Positions 24,229-36,389 of a stretch of 64,000 nucleotides of DNA are shown here, in pieces. The notes under the pieces were generated by a model. That model had not been told where the DNA came from and ran no database searches. It saw nothing but the letters and a program-made list of their open reading frames with translations. Made by a program: the position numbers and the translations under genes. The stretch is from contig CM121341.1 of NCBI GenBank assembly GCA_051530055.1, positions 11,882,784 through 11,946,783 of the forward strand, written 5' to 3'. The DNA comes from Neoechinorhynchus agilis (lineage: Eukaryota > Animalia > Acanthocephala). The stretch's first letter is position 1. Each line of letters opens with the position of its first letter.

Positions 24229-27200
24229 ATTGCTTGAAAGGGCGCCTGTGTACCCCACGAACGGTGGTAAACTAAAATCGTCCTGATCCCGTCCATTTTG
24301 AAATCAATGGTCCGTTCCGATCGACGACATTTGCTTTCGACCCTCGTCCAAGAGCCACTTTTGTTTACACGAGACGATTTTATGGTCGTTTTTATTTTCT
24401 CGAAGTTGACATTTTTACGAGGGATTATAAAGCGGTGCTGGCCTGCTAAACGATCGTACATTCTACGGACCGCTCTCCTGATGTCCTTTGACGTGTTCGA
24501 TCAAAGTTGCAGGAGCGTACATTTAACTTTGTACAGCTGGGATTTTTCCAATACAAACGTCTATTTCTGTCTACCGCTCAATCTAGACTTTAATGTTAGA
24601 CTGTCAAAATAAAACGAGGAACTTATGACAATCTTTACATTCGTGTAAACTTCAACAATAACTATCTATCCATTGCTTGAAAGGGCGCAGATTTTACTGT
24701 GTACCCCACGAACGGTGGTAAACTAAAATCGTCCTGATCCCGTCCATTTTGAAATCAATGGTCCGTTCCGATCGACGACATTTGCTTTCGACCCTCGTCC
24801 AAGAGCCACTTTTGTTTAAACGAGACGATTTTATGGTCGTTTTTATTTTCTCGAAGTTGGCATTTTTACGAGGGAAGATTATAAAGCGATGCTGGCCTGC
24901 TAAACGATCGTACATTCTACGGACCGCTCTCCTGATGTCCTTTGACGTGTTCGATCAAAGTTGCAGGAGCGTACATTTAACTTTGTGCAGCTGGGATTTT
25001 TCCATTACAAACGTCTATTTCTGTCTACCGCTCAATCTAGACTTTAATGTTAGATTGTCAAAATAAAACGAGGAACTTATGACAATCTTTACATTCGTGT
25101 AAACTTCAACAATAACTATCTATCCATTGCTTGAAAGGGCGCAGATTTTACTGTGTACCTCACGAACGGTGGTAAACTAAAATCGTCCTGATCCCGTCCA
25201 TTTTGAAATCAATGGTCCGTTCCGATCGACGACATTTGCTTTCGACCCTCGTCCAAGAGCCACTTTTGTTTAAACGAGACGATTTTATGGTCGTTTTTAT
25301 TTTCTCGAAGTTGGCATTTTTACGAGGGAAGATTATAAAGCGGTGCTGGCCTGCTAAACGATCGTACATTCTACGGACCGCTCTCCTGATGTCCTTTGAC
25401 GTGTTCGATCAAAGTTGCAGGAGCGTACATTTAACTTTGTGCAGCTGGGATTTTTCCATTACAAACGTCTATTTCTGTCTACCGCTCAATCTAGACTTTA
25501 ATGTTAGATTGTCAAAATAAAACGAGGAACTTATGACAATCTTTACATTCGTGTAAACTTCAACAATAACTATCTATCCATTGCTTGAAAGGGCGCAGAT
25601 TTTACTGTGTACCTCACGAACGGTGGTAAACTAAAATCGTCCTGATCCCGTCCATTTTGAAATCAATGGTCCGTTCCGATCGACGACATTTGCTTTCGAC
25701 CCTCGTCCAAGAGCCACTTTTGTTTAAACGAGACGATTTTATGGTCGTTTTTATTTTCTCGAAGTTGGCATTTTTACGAGGGAAGATTATAAAGCGGTGC
25801 TGGCCTGCTAAACGATCGTACATTCTACGGACCGCTCTCCTGATGTCCTTTGACGTGTTCGATCAAAGTTGCAGGAGCGTACATTTAACTTTGTGCAGCT
25901 GGGATTTTTCCATTACAAACGTCTATTTCTGTCTACCGCTCAATCTAGACTTTAATGTTAGATTGTCAAAATAAAACGAGGAACTTATGACAATCTTTAC
26001 ATTCGTGTAAACTTCAACAATAACTATCTATCCATTGCTTGAAAGGGCGCAGATTTTACTGTGTACCTCACGAACGGTGGTAAACTAAAATCGTCCTGAT
26101 CCCGTCCATTTTGAAATCAATGGTCCGTTCCGATCGACGACATTTGCTTTCGACCCTCGTCCAAGAGCCACTTTTGTTTAAACGAGACGATTTTATGGTC
26201 GTTTTTATTTTCTCGAAGTTGGCATTTTTACGAGGGAAGATTATAAAGCGGTGCTGGCCTGCTAAACGATCGTACATTCTACGGACCGCTCTCCTGATGT
26301 CCTTTGACGTGTTCGATCAAAGTTGCAGGAGCGTACATTTAACTTTGTGCAGCTGGGATTTTTCCATTACAAACGTCTATTTCTGTCTACCGCTCAATCT
26401 AGACTTTAATGTTAGATTGTCAAAATAAAACGAGGAACTTATGACAATCTTTACATTCGTGTAAACTTCAACAATAACTATCTATCCATTGCTTGAAAGG
26501 GCGCAGATTTTACTGTGTACCTCACGAACGGTGGTAAACTAAAATCGTCCTGATCCCGTCCATTTTGAAATCAATGGTCCGTTCCGATCGACGACATTTG
26601 CTTTCGACCCTCGTCCAAGAGCCACTTTTGTTTAAACGAGACGATTTTATGGTCGTTTTTATTTTCTCGAAGTTGGCATTTTTACGAGGGAAGATTATAA
26701 AGCGGTGCTGGCCTGCTAAACGATCGTACATTCTACGGACCGCTCTCCTGATGTCCTTTGACGTGTTCGATCAAAGTTGCAGGAGCGTACATTTAACTTT
26801 GTGCAGCTGGGATTTTTCCATTACAAACGTCTATTTCTGTCTACCGCTCAATCTAGACTTTAATGTTAGATTGTCAAAATAAAACGAGGAACTTATGACA
26901 ATCTTTACATTCGTGTAAACTTCAACAATAACTATCTATCCATTGCTTGAAAGGGCGCAGATTTTACTGTGTACCTCACGAACGGTGGTAAACTAAAATC
27001 GTCCTGATCCCGTCCATTTTGAAATCAATGGTCCGTTCCGATCGACGACATTTGCTTTCGACCCTCGTCCAAGAGCCACTTTTGTTTAAACGAGACGATT
27101 TTATGGTCGTTTTTATTTTCTCGAAGTTGGCATTTTTACGAGGGATTATAAAGCGGTGCTGGCCTGCTAAACGATCGTACATTCTACGGACCGCTCTCCT

Positions 27201-30200
27201 GATGTCCTTTGACGTGTTCGATCAAAGTTGCAGGAGCGTACATTTAACTTTGTGCAGCTGGGATTTTTCCATTACAAACGTCTATTTCTGTCTACCGCTC
27301 AATCTAGACTTTAATGTTAGATTGTCAAAATAAAACGAGGAACTTATGACAATCTTTACATTCGTGTAAACTTCAACAATAACTATCTATCCATTGCTTG
27401 AAAGGGCGCAGATTTTACTGTGTACCTCACGAACGGTGGTAAACTAAAATCGTCCTGATCCCGTCCATTTTGAAATCAATGGTCCGTTCCGATCGACGAC
27501 ATTTGCTTTCGACCCTCGTCCAAGAGCCACTTTTGTTTAAACGAGACGATTTTATGGTCGTTTTTATTTTCTCGAAGTTGGCATTTTTACGAGGGAAGAT
27601 TATAAAGCGATGCTGGCCTGCTAAACGATCGTACATTCTACGGACCGCTCTCCTGATGTCCTTTGACGTGTTCGATCAAAGTTGCAGGAGCGTACATTTA
27701 ACTTTGTACAGCTGGGATTTTTCCAATACAAACGCCTATTTCTGTCTACCGCTCAATCTAGACTTTAATGTTGGATTGTCAAAATAAAACGAGGAACTTA
27801 TGACAATCTTCACATTCGTGTAAACTTCAACAATAACTATTTATCCACTGCTTGAAAGGGCGCAGATTTTACTGTGTACCTCACGAACGGTGGTGAACTA
27901 AAATTGTCCTGATCCCGTCAATTTTGAAATCAATGGTCCGTTTCGATCGACGACATTTGCTTTGGACCCTCGTCCAAGAGCCACTTTTGTTTAAACGAGA
28001 CGATTTTGTAGTCGTTTTTATTTTCTCGAAGTTGGCATTTTTACGAGGGAAGATTATAAAGCGATGCTGGCCTGCTAAACGATCGTACATTCTACGGACC
28101 GCTCTCCTGATGTCCTTTGACGTGTTCGATCAAAGTTGCAGGAGCGCTCATTTAACTTTGTGCAGCTGGGATTTTTCCAATACAAACGTCTATTTCTGTC
28201 TACCGCTCAATCTAGACTTTAATGCTAGATTGTCAAAATAAAACGAGGAACTTATGACAATCTTTACATTCGTGTAAACTTCAACAATAACTATCTATCC
28301 ATTGCTTGAAAGGGCGCAGATTTTACTGTGTACCTCACGAACGGTGGTAAACTAAAATTGTCCTGATCCCGTCCATTTTGAATTCAATGGTCCGTTCCGA
28401 ACGACGACATTTGCTTTCGACCCTCGTCCAAGAGCCACTTTTGTTTACACGAGACGATTTTATGGTCGTTTTTATTTTCTCGAAGTTGACATTTTTACGA
28501 GGGAAGATTATAAAGCGGTGCTGGCCTGCTAAACGACCGTACATTCTACGGACCGCTCTCCTGATGTCCTTTGACGTGTTCGATCAAAGTTGCAGGAGCG
28601 TACATTTAACTTTGTACAGCTGGGATTTTTCCAATACAAACGTCTATTTCTGTCTACCGCTCAATCTAGACTTTAATGTTGGATTGTCAAAATAAAACGA
28701 GGAACTTTTGACAGTCTTCACATTAGTGAGAACTTCAACAATAACTATCTATCCATTGCTTGAAAGGGCGCAGATTTTACTGTGTACCTCACGAACGGTG
28801 GTAAACTAAAATTGTCCTGATCCCGTCCATTTTTAAATCAATGGTCCGTTCCGATCGACGACATTTGCTTTGGACCCTCGTCCAAGAGCCACTTTTGTTT
28901 AAACGAGACGATTTTATGGTCGTTTTTATTTTCTCGAAGCTGGCATTTTTACGAGGGAAGGTTATAAAGCGATGCTGGCCTGCTAAACGATCGTACATTC
29001 TACGGACAGCTCTCCTGATGTCCTTTGACGTGTTCGATGAAAGTTGCAGGAGCGTATATTTAACTTTGTACAGCTGGGATTTTTCCAATACAAACGTCTA
29101 TTTCTGTCTACCGCTCAATCTAGACTTTAATGTTGGATTGTCAAAATAAAACGAGGAACTTTTGACAATCTCCACATTCGCGAGAACTTCAACAATAACA
29201 ATCTATCCATTGCATGAAAGGGCGCAGATTTTATTGTGTACCTCACGAACGGTGGTAAACTAAAATCGTCCTGATCCCGTCCATTTTGAAATCAATGGTC
29301 CGTTCCGATCGACGACATTTGCTTTGGACCCTCGTCCAAGAGCCACTTTTGTTTAAACGAGGCGATTTTATGGTCGTTTTTATTTTCTCGAAGTTGACAT
29401 TTTTACGAGGGAAGATTATAAAGCGATGCTGGCCTGCAAAACGACCTTACATTCTACGGACCGCTCTCCTGATGTCCTTTGACGTGTTCGATGAAAGTTG
29501 CAAGAGCGTACATTTAACTTTTTACAGCTGGGATTTTTCCATTACAAACGTCTATTTCTGTCTACCGCTCAATCTAGACTTTAATGTTAGATTGTCAAAA
29601 TATAACGAGGAACTTATGACAATCGTCACATTCGTGAGAACTTCAACAATGACTATCTATCCATTGCTTGAAAGGGCGCAGATTTTACTGTGTACCTCAC
29701 GAACGGTGGTAAACTAAAATCGTCCTGATCCCGTCCATTTTGAAATCAATGGTCCGTTTCGATCGACGACATTTGCTTTGAACCTTCGTCCAAGAGTCAC
29801 TTTTGTTTAAACGAGACGATTTTATGGTCGTTTTTATTTTCTCGAAGTTGGCATTTTTACGAGGAAAGATTATAAAGCGATGCTGGCCTGCTAAACGATC
29901 GTACATTCTACGGACCGCTCTCCTGATGTCCTTTGACGTGTTCGATCAAAGTTGCAGGAGCGTACATTTAACTTTGTACAGCTGGGATTTTTCCAATACA
30001 AACGTCTATTTCTGTCTACCGCTCAATCTAGACTTTAATGTTAGATTGTCAAAATAAAACGAGGAACTTATGACAATCTTCACATTCGTGAGAACTTCAG
30101 CAATAACTATCTATCCATTGCTTGAAAGGGCGCAGATTTTACTGTGTACCTTACGAACGGTGGTAAACTAAAATTGTCCTGATCCCGTCCATTTTGAAAT

Positions 30201-30483
30201 CAATGTCCATTTCGATCCACGACATTTGTTTTGGACCCTCGTCCAAGAGCCACTTTTGTTTAAACGAGACGATTTTGTGGTCGTTTTTATTTTCTCGAAG
30301 TTGACATTTTTACGAGGGAAGATTATAAAGCGATGCTGGCCTGCTAAACGATCGTACATTCTGCGGACCGCTCTCCTGATGTCCTTTGACGTGTTCGATG
30401 AAAGCTGCAGGAGCGTACATTTAACTTTGTACAGCTGGGATTTTTACATTACTAACGTCTATTTCTGTCTACCGCTCAATCTA
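24229..30483. repeat. Tandem array, 454-bp unit, about 14 copies
   Basis: The same ORF starts recur at 24298, 24749, 25203, 25657, 26111, 26565, 27019, 27470, 27924, 28378 and onward with period 454 (451 where AAG is deleted); right end cut by an RTE fragment. Confidence 0.98.
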
Positions 30484-30484
30484 A

Positions 30485-31860
30485 TCGTCACATTCTACGG
30501 ACGGACCCAGACGACCCATAGAGGTCTTGAAAGTGCTTGAAGTTGATGCTGTTCCACTATTAACAAATCTCTTCCAGCGAATACTCACTTCTGAAAAGAT
30601 GCCAGACGAATGGAGGCAGAGCACACTGGTACCGATAAAGAAACAGAGAGGAGATGTCAGAGTTTGTTCAAGCTATCGAGGAATCAAATCGTTGAGCCAC
30701 ACGATGAAGTTATACAAAAGGAACGCCTGCGAAGCGAAATGTCAATATCAGAGGAGCAGAGAGGATTTGTGTCCGGCAGTAGTACCGAAGCTGTATTCGC
30801 GTTACGCCAGTTATATGAAAAACGAAGGGCAGTACACAGCGTGTTCATCGACCTCTAAAAATCCCATGACGCTGTCCCTGGAAAACTCTGCCTGAGACTT
30901 ATATCACAGCGATAGAGGACATGTACGGGCAGAGCAAAGTGAATATAAGGACGCCAGTTGGTTATACGGATAGCTTCTCGATGAACGTACGATTGCATCA
31001 AGGTTCAGCTTTGAGCCCTTATTTGCTTGTAGTCGGTATGAATGAAATCAGCAAACCGACCAGTAAAGGTCCGCCATTTAACATGCTTTTCGCCGACGAC
31101 ATCGTTCTCTCCAGCTATAGTTCCCATGATCTCAACAATGACCTAGAGAAAAGAGGGAAGTTCTGGGAAGTCAAGGCCTAAAAATTTCCAGCGAGAAATC
31201 AGTCTACGTTGGAACGGAAAGCATTTCCTTCAAGAGACACCGCTGCAAAAATTCGACAAATGCAAGTACTTCGGCTCTTTTGCTTGATGTGATTGGCAGC
31301 GGTGTTTCATGTCTCCGCCCCATATAACATGGCTGGTCTGATAGTCATCTTGACTACTCTACATTTCAACACCACAGGTACTTTGTTATCACACAAGATC
31401 CCAATTAGTCTTTTCCAATTCATCCATCCGCTATTTATTATCGATGAAATCTCATCGGTGATATCGTTTTGCATCGACACTATAGAGCCTGGAAGTGGGG
31501 AAAAATTATATATCGAAGAATCACTTTAACCTGGCACATCTAAAACTTACAAGCAATAATTGACTGAAGAAGTCCATCGTAATTGGACGAAATATTTCAA
31601 TTAAAGTGATTCTTGGATATATAATTTTTCCCCACTTCCAGGCTCTATAATGTCGATGCAAAACGATATCACCGATGAGATTTCATCGATAATAAATAGC
31701 GGATGGATGAATTGGAAAAGCCTAATTGGGATCTTGTGTGATAACAAAGTACCTGTGGTGTTGAAATGTAGAGTAGTCAAGATGACTATCAGACCAGCCA
31801 TGTTATATGGGGCGGAGACATGAAACACCGCTGCCAATCACATCAAGCAAATGCAGGGGA
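30485..31860 (+). mobile_element. Decayed RTE-clade LINE fragment with internal inverted duplication
   Basis: EKMPDEWRQSTLVPIKKQRGDVRVCSSYRGIK, LHQGSALSPYL, MLFADDIVL, IRPAMLYGAET. Confidence 0.88.
31279..31851. repeat. ~250-bp inverted repeat (arms 31279-31529 and 31601-31851, 71-nt spacer)
   Basis: ORF track shows nearly the same 78-aa peptide on + (31293-31529) and - (31601-31837). Confidence 0.95.
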
Positions 31861-32213
31861 ACCGAAATAAACATATTCGAAAATATACGTTTTGGTCAAC
31901 GTATTAACCCACAATCCATGATAGATTTTTAGTACTTCATCACACCAACATTTATCCGGTGAATTGAAGTAAAAATCATGTTGTCAAGGAATGAACGGTT
32001 TTCTTACAATTGGGAAGATACTCAAAGCAAATCCCTAAATGTAGCTTATTGTTGTTTCGTCGGTGGAACGGATTCAGTGGATTCTACTTATATCTTCAAA
32101 CTATTACTCCTTGGCGTTGTAATAATCCTGCTTTTAAAAACATTGAATCCTTATACATACACTTTCAACACCTAAAAACACTAAAACTGTTTTCTTTATG
32201 AACGAAACAAAGC

Positions 32214-32991
32214 TTACAATAGAAATTTAGCATATAACTGTTTCAAAATATTGCTTCGTTCTGGGTAATCGGCAAGCCAAAAATGATCCTGCTCTCTCTC
32301 TATTTGGATTGTCAATTCCTCCACATTTTTGAGAGATTTGCATGCATCATGGAATTTCTGTGATTGTTCAATAAAGGCAGGACTATCTAGTTCGGCAGAA
32401 ACAATACGGATGGCTCTGGGAAGCTTCTCAACCGACTGCTTTCCAATTTGTTCAACCGGACTTAATGCACAAACCGATTTTTCATCTAACTGTAGGTGTT
32501 GATGCTCCTTTATATTAGTCAAATTTCGAACATCATATAATCCGTTAAGTAGCCAACATTCGAATCGATTATCCAGCAGACCATTACAAATCGCCATTGC
32601 GATCAGATGAGCGCCAGCCGAATGACCAATAATCAATCCTTTGTCAAAATCGAGATTTGAAATAACATGCGTGATTCCTTTGTTTATGTCAGACGTAATA
32701 TCAGCAAGACCGATTTTAAGTCACAGTATCCAGATCTAAGGATTCCCCCATTCAAAGATACTGCACACCATTTTTGTTTGCGCCTGCAAGCGGGTATCCG
32801 AGGCTTACAAGTTGAGTTGGGATTTGTGTTTGTAGACTAAAGTCAGTGATTGGGCCGCAGTGGAGTTTACTTAAAGCTTGCCAATATCCTCCATGGATGT
32901 AGATGACAAGATGCTTTCTTTGAGATGAAATAGCTGCATCAAAAGCTTTGTTGGTGTATATTTTGTGATTTTTTCTTATACGTATTCGCAC
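32214..32991 (-). CDS. AFMID: Kynurenine formamidase-like alpha/beta hydrolase (5' end not located), split by a 58-nt non-canonical insertion
   Basis: LVIYIHGGYWQ, SLGYPLA, GHSAGAHL nucleophile motif, NGLYDV, ELDSPAFIEQS, QDHFW. Confidence 0.8.
32718..32775 (-). other. Non-canonical hairpin-ended intron-like insertion (58 nt) in AFMID
   Basis: Removal joins GYPLAGAN|KIGLADITSDI; contains stops; TGCAGTATCT pairs with GGATACTGTG; junction slides within an AAAA repeat. Confidence 0.7.
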
Positions 32992-34168
32992 TTTATGGTT
33001 AGTTTAAAAATTTGAATTGTTTATGTGTTTATATGACGGAAAAATTAAAAGAATTTATTGAATTCGATATTTCGGCATCCTAAAGAGTAGCGATTTTAAA
33101 ATCTTTGTGTTTTCTACTTTCGAACAACTTTGATAAAGGCACACGATTGTGTAGAAATATCAAATTCGACTAATAAATTACTTTAGTTTTTTCCGCTATC
33201 TAAAAATACTACGTTAAAAACATGGTTTAGGTATGAAATTTAAATAGCATCATTGATCGGGAATTATGCGCGTTAAAGCTTTAACCAAAAGCCCATTGTT
33301 ACATTTTCCATACACCACCAAAATTGACTTTCGTTATGACTTTAATAGGTCAACGATTATCGACGCTTAGAAATGAGAACAATTATTGAAAACTTTGATT
33401 TTCGTATTCTTTAAACGTCCTGATTTCAATCGTCCGATTAGCATAAACAGCATTCGAGTAGAGACAATAATTTTGAAAGAACCTAACGAAGTCCAACGAT
33501 ATTGACCAAATATTGAGATCAATAAAGCAATATTTATTTTTCTAATCACCAAAGAACACACAAAAAAATATTAGCAACGTACACCTCTTTTCACACTTAC
33601 GATTTCAATTTAGGTTCTCAAAAATCAACTGCGGACGAAAAACGTTTAGAATATGATAAATTTTAATCTAAAAAAGAATGAGTTTGGTAAAGCAAGCAAT
33701 TACCGAAAAAATCACAAAATGGAAACGTCGTAGGCATTGTCAGGCCTCTGTCCGTATTTCAACCCGGCCATATACTTGTATTTCCGTCGGCATTCCTCGC
33801 CTTTCGCCAACAATATGTTGGTGTGAATTAGAGGAACATTCGGACCTCGATTTGAATATTTACTCGGTGAATACAAGTACTCAAGACTGACCATTCTTTT
33901 GATAACGAAATTTAAACTACTCGCTCCCGTTAAGTATGTAAGGGAATTTGTCATCACATTCATTTGTTGCTAACGTGTGTGGGATTCATTCCGAATTTCG
34001 CGAGAAAGAGACGTTCTTTCTTCGTATTTGAACATTGAATGCATTTGATAGATTTAAATTTGTCTCTCCTACTTAATGTGGTTAAAAAAGTTCAACGAAG
34101 TTGGAATCGTTTTCCGATTTCTTTTGATCAGTAAATCTAATAAATTTAAAAAAAAAGAATTTATAAAC

Positions 34169-34262
34169 ATCCACTCCGCCGTCGAAAAGGACGGATACAG
34201 CGTTCCCTTTCCGTTGTAAAGCCACACTTATGTTTTGCAAGGGGAATTCTCCTGCCCTCAGA
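34169..34262 (-). mobile_element. Tiny CRE-like RLE 3' remnant
   Basis: Translates RAGEFPLQNISVALQRKGNAVSVL, matching the QNIS..QRGNAASV motif. Confidence 0.6.
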
Positions 34263-34739
34263 TCAGCGATTGGGACAATGAATAATGGGATCTGTTCGGT
34301 TCTTCATTTCCATTCTTTACTTTCTGCGAAACAAGTAAGACCTCAAAAAGTCTTTTTTGCAGGTTGTTAATGAAAAGGATTTTGGGGCGATAAATTTGTC
34401 ATAGAGTAGAAATCAAACTTTTCATTAAATCGTATTTTTTGCTTCTTTTATCACCTTAATTGTTTTCTGAGCGCTCGTCAAAGTTTAGAGCACCCACAGA
34501 AGCGATTGGGAGAGCGTTGAGACGAGCACCTGATTCTATTGTCGAGACTGCCGCCAATCGGGTTCAATTGGCCAGGTCACGAGAATCTGAAAGCCTCCAC
34601 GAAATTTTCCTCAAACCTGTAATTCTCGCCAAGAAAACACTGAACAATTTTGCGGTTTGCGTCATAAGATGCCAAATAAACTGGCATGAAATATCATCTA
34701 TTTTTCAGATAACCAAGCTGCCGGCCGGCACAAGCAAAG

Positions 34740-34935
34740 ATAATGGCATTGTTTAGCGCTCGTCGGAGTTAAGGGCACCAACTTGATTTGTCGAAAGCAT
34801 TCGACTCCGTGGACCATTCACTCCTTCTCTGGGCCTACTCCGATTTTGGTCTCAATTTGTGGCAAATCCACTGTCTCGAATCTTATTTTCACAATCGCAA
34901 ACAATACATTCACTACCGTTCTACCTCTTCTATCA
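34740..34935 (+). mobile_element. L2-like RT fragment (outer element of a nest)
   Basis: DLSKAFDSVDHSLLLWAYSDFGLNLWQIHCLESYFHNRKQYI. Confidence 0.75.
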
Positions 34936-34939
34936 GCCT

Positions 34940-36385
34940 ATTGTGGTGTTCGTATTGCTTGTGGTACTCGGATCGCTATCACTCATGCTTCGAAACCGGA
35001 GAGTTTTAGTAGCCACTCCTCAAAACCTCAAAACACACCAAAAACCATCAATGCAATTTATTCGCAAGAGAGTAACAATGGATAGCCGAAGTTATTTGGA
35101 GTGAAGCTTGTAGTCAGGAATTAAAGCAACGTTGTCCATTTTTTTGCCTTATTGGCCCAGTCATCTCTATGTATCCATGTGTAAGGGAGATTGCTTAGAG
35201 CCTCAAGGAAGGTGCGTGTGAAGATTGGTCTCTGTTCGGGGTCTACCTCTCGAATAATAGACTAGGCCTGATATAGCCCAACAGTTCCAAATGCACTTGG
35301 TGCTATGAGAACCGATCCCCAGTTTATGAGCTCTGTTAGCCTTCAGTTTAGCGACCCGTAACAGTCGCTTAAATTTGCTAAGATCATGTTTTGGGGACAT
35401 ATTGGGGGGGAGCATAAAGCCCAGCATGGTGATCTCATTGGAAATAGAAGATGATGATATGTTAAAAAAGTTATTATAAAAATGGCGTACGCGTCGTTTC
35501 CCCGCTACTGATCTCGATTTTAAAATAAATTGGGTTTTAAGTGGGTTGAGTGATAACCCCATTTGCGAGAGAGTAGAATTTAGGTATGCTAATAATTCCG
35601 AAAGTTTCTTTATGGCTGAGATATAATTCGATTCCTTAATCACCGCAGTGAAATCATCTGCAAATAAAGTTAGGTCGTTGCAGATTGAGCAGTTCTTTAT
35701 TAGAAATTGAGACGCCAAGCAAAAGAGGATGGGAGATAGCGGGGATCCTTGTGGCACTCCTTTCGTTTGGTGGTAGACGTTTTGGGATGTGTCATCTTGA
35801 AAAAATAATTTTTTAGATACCATAGTATTATGCACCCTAGCAATAAGATTATAGGGGAATTGGAAGTAACGGAGGATCTCAATACAAAAATTAATATTAA
35901 TGTTATCAAAAGCTTTTGAGATGTCAAAGGAAATTAGAATATTCATTGATTTCTGATTTCAGTTAAAATTAGCTAAAATTTCAGTCATTGCCGTGTGTCC
36001 AGACTTACGAGGTAAAAATCCATGGCATCTCTTATCGATGCAATCAATGTCTAAGGCAAATTGTAAAAGAGATTTAGCCAGTGCCCTTTCGTGAATAGAT
36101 ACTAATGAATTTTGTATAGAAATCGGCAGAACGTCTCCTCCACCCATAACTTTTTTACCCTTCTTTTTAATCACGAAAATTCGTTTCGAAAGGTTTATGT
36201 GCGCTCATTCCCCGGCGGAGGCATATATCATGGCTATAGCAATTCTGCCAATATTGACCTTATTCAGAACATTAGTGGCTTTCAGGCAGATCGAAAAGCC
36301 ATTGTCAGAGGTCTTATACCTCGACCTCCACCATTAAACAATGTCGGACACTTGGAGATCAAAGCTTCTTGGTTTAAAAGGTAAG
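34940..36385 (-). mobile_element. LINE RT region (decayed), 3' part of the middle element of the nest
   Basis: IKKKGKK...LPISIQNSL, HGFLPRKSG, LISFDISKAFD, KGVPQGSPLSPILF, LFADD. Confidence 0.85.
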
Positions 36386-36389
36386 AATT

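Noticed and set aside
24298-30057. Repeated 104-105-aa plus-strand ORFs as a multigene family
   Set aside because: They are a by-product of the tandem repeat, with no recognisable domain, no clear ATG context and no splice signals.
24229-30483. CRISPR array, or 5S/snRNA/SL RNA gene cluster
   Set aside because: Units are full-length repeats with no unique spacers, the context is eukaryotic, and I recognised no 5S, U1, U2 or U6 sequence or convincing SL/Sm arrangement. An Rfam search is still advisable.
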